From NCBI GenBank assembly GCA_036569045.1, contig DATCRI010000088.1:20115-84114 (forward strand): a stretch of DNA of 64,000 nt, in the 5' to 3' direction. Source of the stretch: Chthoniobacterales bacterium (lineage in GTDB: Bacteria; Verrucomicrobiota; Verrucomicrobiia; Chthoniobacterales; JAATET01). Shown piece by piece: positions 49,139 to 59,201 of the stretch. Under the pieces are notes generated by a model, which was not told where the DNA came from, made no database searches, and saw only the letters and a program-made list of their open reading frames with translations. Numbering within the stretch: the first letter of the stretch is position 1; the number at the start of each line of letters is the position of its first letter. Position numbers and translations under genes: made by a program.

Positions 49139-50362
49139 TCAATCCCGGGCCGCGGCTTGCGCTGCGAGATAAACTTCACGCACGCTTGCGCCGGCGGCCA
49201 CGGCCGCGCGGCGGCAGGATTCGAACTCCGGCGCGGCCTGCACGAGCTCGTTGCCCAGCCAGCCGCGCTTGATGTCGATCGGGCCGAAGGGGGTCGCCAC
49301 CGGCGCAATTTCCCGCCGCAGCTTGAGGCGCCGGCAATCGTGCATCCGCACGCCGAAGGCGCTGGTCTCACGCAGGATCAGTCGGGCGAATTCGTCAGCG
49401 CGCTCCGGAACGGCAAGCACCGTGAGTCGGAACGCGGGGCGATTCTTCTTCATGGAAATCGGGGCCACGAAGACATCCAGTGCGCCCGCTTCGAGGAGGC
49501 GCTCGGTGGCGGCGGCCAGCAGCTCCGGCGGGAGGTCGTCGAGATTTGTCTCGATCTCGGTGACGGTGTCGGACTCCGGAGCTTCGGCGGTTTCACCGAG
49601 CACGGCCCGCAGGACGTTTGGTCGTTTCGGCGTGTCGCGGGTGCCGACGCCGTAGCCGATCCGCGTGACGGCCAGTGCCGGCATGGGGGCAAAGCCTTCG
49701 GCGAATTCGGCGAGCAGGGCCGCGCCGGTCGGCGTGATGAATTCCATCGGCTCTTCGACCTGCCGGAGCGGGATGCCTGCGAGAATTTCGAGCGTGGCCG
49801 GAGCGGGGAGGGGGAAGTGGCCGTGAGCGCAGTGAATGAAGCCGGTGCCCTCGAAAAGCGACGATGCGAGCACGCGCGGCGCGCCCAACGCCTCGACCCC
49901 GACGCAGAAGGCGACGATGTCGACGATGGAATCGACCGCGCCGACTTCGTGAAAATGAACGTCCGCGGGCGGCATGCCGTGAATCTTTCCCTCCGCGATG
50001 GCGATGCGTTGAAAAACGGCGAGCGCCCGCGACTTCACGAACGGCGAAAGGGCGCTGCCCTCGAGGAGCGTCCGGATATCGGCAAAGCTCCGACCGTGTG
50101 AGTGGGGGTCGTCGTGGGGATGTTCGTGGGCATGCTCATGGGAATGGCCCTCGTGCGGGTGGGAGTGGAGATGCACGTCGAACTTCACGCCCTCGATGTG
50201 TCGGCGGCTTTGCCGGGAAAAGTGGAGATGGAATTCGTCGCCGAGCCTGAGCTTCGCGAGCTCCTGCGCGAGATGTGTCTGCTCCACCCCCAGATCACAA
50301 AGAGCTCCCACGGCCATGTCGCCGCTGATGCCCGAAAAACAGTCTAGAAACAAAGTGCGCAT
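49139..50362 (-). CDS. larC: LarC (nickel-pincer cofactor nickel insertion protein, DUF111)
   Basis: MRTLFLDCFSGISGDMAVGAL, the His-rich stretch HLHSHPHEGHSHEHAHEHPHDDPHSHGR and FHEVGAVDSIVDIV are present. Confidence 0.88.
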   Translation of the reverse strand: MRTLFLDCFSGISGDMAVGALCDLGVEQTHLAQELAKLRLGDEFHLHFSRQSRRHIEGVKFDVHLHSHPHEGHSHEHAHEHPHDDPHSHGRSFADIRTLLEGSALSPFVKSRALAVFQRIAIAEGKIHGMPPADVHFHEVGAVDSIVDIVAFCVGVEALGAPRVLASSLFEGTGFIHCAHGHFPLPAPATLEILAGIPLRQVEEPMEFITPTGAALLAEFAEGFAPMPALAVTRIGYGVGTRDTPKRPNVLRAVLGETAEAPESDTVTEIETNLDDLPPELLAAATERLLEAGALDVFVAPISMKKNRPAFRLTVLAVPERADEFARLILRETSAFGVRMHDCRRLKLRREIAPVATPFGPIDIKRGWLGNELVQAAPEFESCRRAAVAAGASVREVYLAAQAAARD

Positions 50363-50371
50363 AGGGCGGAA

Positions 50372-51610
50372 ATGAACAAGTCTCCGACTGTGTCACGTGT
50401 GTTCCTTTTCAGCAATGTCGCCGCGCTCTGCCTCCTCGCGTTGCGTCCCTTGGCGGTGGGGGCGGATGCCGCCTCGTTGAATGCCACGTTCGGCGCGTCG
50501 TTCTGGGCGGATGATAATCTGTGGGACGACGTGGATTCCGAGGCTGCGCAGCGGCTTGGCTGGCGGCCCGAGTCGCGCACGCAGGAGGACTCGAGCTTTC
50601 GGGAATACGCGGGGCCCAACGCCCGGATTCTCGGAGCCCGGCCTTTTTCGCTGGCCCTTTACGGGCGAAACGGTCGGGTCGAGCAAATCTCGATGGTCTT
50701 TGCGAACAAGGGGGACATCGGCGGCGATTTCGTCGCGGGCGATGCCTACAAAAAGCAGATCGCGGCAGATGCGAAGGAAATCAGCCAGGTGCTCTCGGCC
50801 GAGCTCGGGCCGCCGAAGATTGCGCAGTTCGGGCAGGGCGTGAAGACGCGAGAGCGCGTCGAGCGGTGGGACTGGAACGGGCATGCGATCCTGCTGGCCG
50901 CGCCGAGGGGTGAATATGTCGCCGTGCGCATTCTGCCCGTCGCCGTGGCGGACGGGGAAGTTGCCGCGAGAGTGACTGATGCGGCGCTGCGCGAGAAGTT
51001 GAAGACTCGGGTCGAGCACCGGCCTAATGGCGACGTGATCCTCAAGGAAATCCCCATGGTGGACCAGGGGCCGAAGGGCTATTGCGTGCCGGCGACCTGG
51101 GAGCGGGCGCTGCGCTATCTGGGCATTCCCGCAGACATGTATGTGCTGGCGATGGCAGGCCAGACGGAGGCCGGCGGCGGCACGAATCTCTCGGCGATGG
51201 CGGCCGGAGCCGGGGAACTTGTGCGGCGGAATGGCCGCCGCCTCGTTACGACGAGCGGGCGTATCACCGTGCGGCCGGTTGCGGGGTTCATCGATGTCGG
51301 CCTGCCTGTGATGTGGGGCATGTATGTTGTTCCCGGGATCAATCGCGATCTCACGACGCGTTCCGTCGAACGCCGGCAGGTGACCGACTGGGCGGCCTAT
51401 ACGCAGGCGCTCAAGCCGCTGCGGAAAATTGGCGACCGAATCCGCTCGGACACCCAGGGCGGGCACATGTGCATGATCATCGGTTACAACGCGGCGACCG
51501 GCGAAATCGCGATTTCGGATTCGTGGGGGCCGCAGTTCGCAGAGCGCTGGATTACCGTCGAGGAGGCGAACGCCATCAGCCAGCGGGAATTCACGGTGGT
51601 GAACTGGTAG
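50372..51610 (+). CDS. Secreted two-domain protein with C-terminal papain-fold (C39-like) cysteine peptidase domain
   Basis: A signal-like N-terminus is present. The candidate catalytic residues are VDQGPKGYCVPATWERALRYLG (Gln/Cys), GGHMCMIIGY (His) and ISDSWG (Asp). The family assignment comes from motif spacing only. Confidence 0.6.
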   Translation: MNKSPTVSRVFLFSNVAALCLLALRPLAVGADAASLNATFGASFWADDNLWDDVDSEAAQRLGWRPESRTQEDSSFREYAGPNARILGARPFSLALYGRNGRVEQISMVFANKGDIGGDFVAGDAYKKQIAADAKEISQVLSAELGPPKIAQFGQGVKTRERVERWDWNGHAILLAAPRGEYVAVRILPVAVADGEVAARVTDAALREKLKTRVEHRPNGDVILKEIPMVDQGPKGYCVPATWERALRYLGIPADMYVLAMAGQTEAGGGTNLSAMAAGAGELVRRNGRRLVTTSGRITVRPVAGFIDVGLPVMWGMYVVPGINRDLTTRSVERRQVTDWAAYTQALKPLRKIGDRIRSDTQGGHMCMIIGYNAATGEIAISDSWGPQFAERWITVEEANAISQREFTVVNW

Positions 51611-51693
51611 GGAATTCCCGGAAGAGGGGTTTCGCATTTTTTGCGATTGCGCAGTGGATTTCCCGCGCCGCCCTGTTTTAACTGACCGGTCCA

Positions 51694-53628
51694 ATGTCTG
51701 ATTTCGGCACGGCTGACGCCATCGCTCTTTATAATGTCGATCGCTGGGGTGGTGGGTATTTCACCATCAACCGCGATGGCCATGTCGCGGTGCGACCGAC
51801 CGCTCGCCGCAAGGAGGAGATCGACCTCATGGAGCTCGTCGTCGAGGCGCAGGCTCGCGGGCTGGCGTTTCCGATGGTGATTCGTTTCCAGGATCTCGTC
51901 CGCCATCGCGTGGAGACGATCAATCGTTCGTTCGCCGAGGCGATCGCCGGCCACAATTACCGCGGCGTCTATCGGGGCGTGTTTCCGATCAAGGTGAACC
52001 AGCTCCGCGAAGTCGTGGAGGAGATTCTCGATGCCGGGAAGCCCTTCCATTTCGGCATTGAGGCCGGCAGCAAGCCGGAGCTGATGGCTGCGCTCGCGGT
52101 GCATACCGATCACGACAGCCTGGTGATCTGCAACGGCTACAAGGATACCGAGTTCATTCGCATGGCGCTGCTCGGCTGCAAGCTGGGCAAGACCGTCATT
52201 CTCGTCGTCGAGAAGCTCGAGGAGCTCGCGCACATCCTGCGGGTCTCGAAGAAGATGGGCGTCGCGCCGAACATCGGCCTGCGCGTGCGTCTGCTCTCCA
52301 AGGGCGCCGGCAAGTGGGCGACGAGCGGCGGCGAGAACGCGAAGTTCGGCCTCTCCACGGCGGAACTCGTCGAGGCAAGCGGGATGCTCCACAAGGCGGG
52401 CCTGGCGGATGCGCTCAAGCTTTTGCATTTCCACGTCGGTTCGCAGGTGCCCGACATTGGCACGATCAAGCGCGCCACCCGCGAGGCGGCCCGGTTCTAC
52501 GGCAAGCTCCAGAAAATGGGGCACGCGCTTGGCTACCTCGACGTCGGCGGCGGTCTCGGCGTCGATTACGATGGCTCGCGCACGACCTTCGACAGCTCGA
52601 CGAACTACTCGCTCGACGAATACGCCCGCGACATCGTTTACAGCATCGCGGAGATTTGCGACGCGGAGGAAGTGCCGCATCCCACGATCGTGAGCGAGAG
52701 CGGTCGCGCGATCGTTGCGCACCACTCCGTGCTCGTGGTCGAGGCCTTTGGCTCGATCGAGAAGAGCAAGGGCGGCAAGTCCGTGAAGGCGACCGAGGAG
52801 GATCCGAGACCCGTTCACGAAATGGTCGAGGTTCGCGATAACCTCGGCAGCAAGAATCGCCTCGAGAATCTCCACGACGCGCAGGAAATCCGCGAGCGCG
52901 CGCAGGGGATGTTCGACCTCGGTCTGCTCGATCTTCCCGCGAAGGCGAAGGTCGAAACGATCTACTGGGAGATCGCCGCAAACGTCGTCGAGATGTTCCG
53001 CGGCATGCGCTACGTGCCCGAGGAAGTGAAGGAAATGGAGGTCGCGCTTGGCGATCAGTTCCTCTGCAATTTCTCCGTCTTCCAGTCGCTCCTCGACCAC
53101 TGGGCGCTGGGTCAGCTCTTCCCGGTGATGCCGATTCATCGCCTCGACGAACAGCCGGACCGCAACGCCACGCTCGTGGACATCACGTGCGATTCCGATG
53201 GCAAGGTCAGCAAGTTCGTCGACCTGCAGGACGTGAAGGAAACGTTGCCGCTGCATCGCTGGATGCCCGGGCAGCCATACTACATGGGCTTCTTCCTCGC
53301 CGGCGCCTACCAGGACATCATGGGCGACCTGCACAATCTCTTTGGCCGCGTGAACGAGATGCACGTCTTCCTCGATGAGGACGAAGACAGCGGTTACTAC
53401 GTCGAGGAGGTGCTCCCCGGCAGCACGATTGCCCAGGTGCTCGCGCTCACGCAATGGGAGACGAACGAGCTCGCCCGCCGCATGAAGAAGCAGACCGATG
53501 CGGCGATCAAAAGCGATCGCTTGAAGCCGAAGGAAGGCATGCGTCTGCTCGACGACTACGAAAAGGCGCTGACCGGCTACACGTATCTCAACTTCGACGA
53601 CCAGACCGCCGAGGCGGCCAAATCCTGA
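51694..53628 (+). CDS. speA: Biosynthetic arginine decarboxylase
   Basis: YNVDRWGGGYFTINRDGHV...PMVIRFQDLVRHR...VFPIKVNQ...GIEAGSKPEL matches the SpeA pattern. Confidence 0.93.
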   Translation: MSDFGTADAIALYNVDRWGGGYFTINRDGHVAVRPTARRKEEIDLMELVVEAQARGLAFPMVIRFQDLVRHRVETINRSFAEAIAGHNYRGVYRGVFPIKVNQLREVVEEILDAGKPFHFGIEAGSKPELMAALAVHTDHDSLVICNGYKDTEFIRMALLGCKLGKTVILVVEKLEELAHILRVSKKMGVAPNIGLRVRLLSKGAGKWATSGGENAKFGLSTAELVEASGMLHKAGLADALKLLHFHVGSQVPDIGTIKRATREAARFYGKLQKMGHALGYLDVGGGLGVDYDGSRTTFDSSTNYSLDEYARDIVYSIAEICDAEEVPHPTIVSESGRAIVAHHSVLVVEAFGSIEKSKGGKSVKATEEDPRPVHEMVEVRDNLGSKNRLENLHDAQEIRERAQGMFDLGLLDLPAKAKVETIYWEIAANVVEMFRGMRYVPEEVKEMEVALGDQFLCNFSVFQSLLDHWALGQLFPVMPIHRLDEQPDRNATLVDITCDSDGKVSKFVDLQDVKETLPLHRWMPGQPYYMGFFLAGAYQDIMGDLHNLFGRVNEMHVFLDEDEDSGYYVEEVLPGSTIAQVLALTQWETNELARRMKKQTDAAIKSDRLKPKEGMRLLDDYEKALTGYTYLNFDDQTAEAAKS

Positions 53629-53633
53629 CGACC

Positions 53634-54707
53634 ATGGCGAATCGCACCGCACTTTTTGATCAACACGTCGCGGCCGGGGGCCGGATGGTGGACTTCGCTG
53701 GCTGGGAGATGCCGGTGCAATACACGAGCATCCTCGACGAGCATCGCGCCGTGCGGGAGGCCGTGGGGGTCTTTGACATTTCGCACATGGGCGAGTTTTT
53801 CGTGAGCGGTCCGGGCTCGACGGCGTGGCTCGATGGCCTGCTCACGAACGGCGTCACGAAGCTGCTCGTGGGGCAGGCGCAATACACGCTGCTTCTCAAC
53901 GAGCGCGGCGGGGTGATCGACGATCTCATCGTTTACCGGCTCGGCGACGAGGAATACCTGCTCATCGTCAATGCCGCGAAGATCGACGAGGACGCCGCGT
54001 GGCTCGAGGCGCACGCGGCAAATGGCCCGACCTTCGCGGATCGCAGCGGGGAATATTCGGCGCTCGCCGTGCAAGGGCCTGTCGCCCGGGGCGTGTTCCA
54101 GTCCGTCTTCGGGGAAGCGCTTGCGACCGAGCGTAATCGCGTGGCCACCGTGACCTTTGGCGGCGCGGAGGGCTTCGTCGTCACCACTGGTTACACGGGG
54201 GAGGACGGATTCGAGGTCGTCGTGCCCAATGCCGTCGCCGGCGCGCTGTGGGACGCCCTTGTCGCCGCCGGGGCGAAGCCCTGCGGTCTCGGTGCCCGCG
54301 ACACCCTGCGCCTCGAAATGGGCTACCCGCTCAACGGCTCCGATCTGTCGCCCGATCGCACCCCGCTCGAGGCCGGGCTCGGCTTTTTCGTCGATCTCTC
54401 CAAGGATGACTTCATCGGCAAGTCCGCGCTCGTGGCGCAGAAGCAAGCCGGCCTGCCCACCAGGCTCGCGGCCATCGCGGTGACCGAGAAGTCACCGCCG
54501 ATCCGCCCGCACTATCCCGTGCTCGTCGACGGCGAGGCGGTCTCCGAGACATGCAGCGGCGCGCTCTCCCCGAGCCTCGGCCATGGCATTGCGATGGCCT
54601 ATCTGCCGGCCGCCCGCGCCAAAGTGGGGCAGGCCGTGGAAATTGAAGTGCGCGGAAAACGCTACCCCGGTAGCGTCGTGAAGAAGCCCTTTCTCAAGCG
54701 CGATTAA
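53634..54707 (+). CDS. gcvT: Glycine cleavage system aminomethyltransferase T
   Basis: ATG 53634. [53 protein letters not shown]. Confidence 0.95.
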   Translation: MANRTALFDQHVAAGGRMVDFAGWEMPVQYTSILDEHRAVREAVGVFDISHMGEFFVSGPGSTAWLDGLLTNGVTKLLVGQAQYTLLLNERGGVIDDLIVYRLGDEEYLLIVNAAKIDEDAAWLEAHAANGPTFADRSGEYSALAVQGPVARGVFQSVFGEALATERNRVATVTFGGAEGFVVTTGYTGEDGFEVVVPNAVAGALWDALVAAGAKPCGLGARDTLRLEMGYPLNGSDLSPDRTPLEAGLGFFVDLSKDDFIGKSALVAQKQAGLPTRLAAIAVTEKSPPIRPHYPVLVDGEAVSETCSGALSPSLGHGIAMAYLPAARAKVGQAVEIEVRGKRYPGSVVKKPFLKRD

Positions 54708-54713
54708 AAATTT

Positions 54714-55090
54714 ATGAACGTTCCCGACGACCTCAAATACGCCGAATCCCACGAGTGGATCCGGGTGGCGGATGGCATCGGCACGGTCGGCATCACCGAC
54801 CATGCGCAGGCCGAATTGACCGACATCGTTTTTGTCGAACCGCCGAAGGTCGGCACGACCTTTGCCGCGCACAATGCCGTCGCCGTCGTCGAGTCCGTGA
54901 AGGCCGCGAGCGACATCTACACGCCCGTCTCCGGCGAGATCGTCGAAGTCAACGAGGCGCTGGATGCGGATCCCGCCCTGCTCAACACCGCGCCCTTCGG
55001 CGACGGCTGGATCTTCAAGATCAAGCTCTCCGATCCTGGCGAACTCGACGCCCTGAAGACGCCCGAAGACTACCGCGCGCAGATCTCGGA

Positions 55091-55094
<4 letters not shown>
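54714..55094 (+). CDS. gcvH: Glycine cleavage system H protein
   Basis: [12 protein letters not shown]...[17 protein letters not shown]...[22 protein letters not shown] contains the lipoyl-lysine motif. Confidence 0.95.
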
Positions 55095-57931
<2,837 letters not shown>

Positions 57932-58007
57932 CTGGAGCGCCCGCGACCTCTTTTGCGGTTCCGGGTTTCGATTTGCTCGCAAGGCCGCTCTTTGCTAGCT
58001 TCCAGCG

Positions 58008-58229
58008 ATGGACGCCGTGGAAATCATTGATGAGATCAGGCATCTGTCGCCCGGCGAACAGGCTCGCGTGGTGTTGTTCGTTCGCCAGCTCGACGCGGGG
58101 CGGCAATGGACGGGGCCGGAGCTGAGCGAGGCGGCGGCCACGATGACCGCCGAGACTGATCCGACCAAGGCCCGAGCTTCGTGGGAGCGGATTGCGGCGG
58201 GTTTCTACGGCAAAGAGCCGGATGCCTAA
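58008..58229 (+). CDS. Small protein (73 aa) with DUF2281-like antitoxin-type N-terminus
   Basis: MDAVEIIDEIRHLSPGEQARVVLFVRQL resembles the DUF2281 pattern as I recall it. It overlaps the next ORF by 8 nt. Confidence 0.5.
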   Translation: MDAVEIIDEIRHLSPGEQARVVLFVRQLDAGRQWTGPELSEAAATMTAETDPTKARASWERIAAGFYGKEPDA

Positions 58230-58467
58230 AGTCCGCCGCCGCAATGTGCCGCGGACGGTGCTCGATCATCTACGGGATCGGATGCTTGCCCGGGAAATCC
58301 CGGCGGAGCAACTCGGTTTGCTGGCGGAGTGGCTGGACACGGAGCCGGAAGTTCCGGAGGGAAAGTGGTTCAAACGCTTCCCCGGCATGATCGCCTGCGG
58401 CGAGGGCGAACTGGTGAAAACCTTTTTGCGCCTGGGGCAGGCGCCCGCTGGCGAGGAGTTGCGTTGA
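58222..58467 (+). CDS. Small hypothetical protein (81 aa), partner of the 73-aa ORF
   Basis: ATG 58222 gives MPKVRRRNVPRTVLDHLRDRMLAREIPAEQLGLLAEWLDTEPEVPEGKWFKRFPGMIACGEGELVKTFLRLGQAPAGEELR. I recognise no domain. Confidence 0.45.
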   Translation: MPKVRRRNVPRTVLDHLRDRMLAREIPAEQLGLLAEWLDTEPEVPEGKWFKRFPGMIACGEGELVKTFLRLGQAPAGEELR

Positions 58468-58529
58468 TGTTTTTCGACGCACGCCCTTTTCGCGCCCGCT
58501 GATTTCATTGCCCTCGTCGGCATCATGAG

Positions 58530-59033
58530 TCATCTGTCTTCAACGAGCGGATTGCCACCAGTTTCATATTCCCCGCGGTAATCGAAATTCTTACCTTCGT
58601 TCTTCCATCGCACTGCACACCGGAAACCACGAAGTGATCGCTGCCGGTCTGCATCGAGAGAACTGAGATCGAGCGATGCTGTCAGTGCCTCAAGCCGCGC
58701 AACTTCACTGAATCTTTCGACGGTGGAGATATCCACGTATCGGATGATTTTTGAGCCACTTGTCATGGCTTGTGTGATTGTGCAAAGGAACCACATCGCA
58801 TCGTCGGTTGTTGAGATCTGACTTCTAACCCAAGCTTTGACCTCATCGGTCCCTTCGGTCCATCGGTTCCATCGCCAAAGGACGAATGAAAGATATGGGA
58901 GCCCTTTCAAGCGACCGTCCGCTGCAGCGCGTCGAATCCTCTCTAAGGCGAGTTTCTTCAATTCGTCCGCTTGTTCCTCATCGAAGAACTCAACGCGCTG
59001 CTTTCTCATCGAGAAGAGAGCGTAGATGCTCAA
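58530..59033 (-). CDS. Orphan lower-GC ORF (167 aa), unknown function, possibly a 3' gene remnant
   Basis: Only a TTG start at 59033 (first ATG at 59009). My hand counts give about 47-57% GC per 60 nt, against about 65-70% in the flanks. The helical sequence LKGLPYLSFVLWRWNRWTEGTDEVKAWVRSQISTTDDAMWFLCTI reminds me of C-terminal regions of KAP-type NTPases. That resemblance is unverified. Confidence 0.45.
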   Translation of the reverse strand: MSIYALFSMRKQRVEFFDEEQADELKKLALERIRRAAADGRLKGLPYLSFVLWRWNRWTEGTDEVKAWVRSQISTTDDAMWFLCTITQAMTSGSKIIRYVDISTVERFSEVARLEALTASLDLSSLDADRQRSLRGFRCAVRWKNEGKNFDYRGEYETGGNPLVEDR

Positions 59034-59201
59034 TCGGGGAATGGCAGGCGCGAAGGTGACCTGCGGAAGAGAGAGAAGGTGGACAACAGAATGAGCGCAT
59101 CATCGTGGACCTTGGCAGCTGGCGCGAGGCGAAGGAGGAGTCGAGACCGGCGTAGGGCGCGGTTCTGATGCGACGGCTCGGCGGGAGCCTCGCCTTCCGG
59201 G

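Noticed and set aside
53629-53633. Glycine riboswitch upstream of gcvT
   Set aside because: Only 5 nt separate the speA stop from the gcvT start, so there is physically no room.
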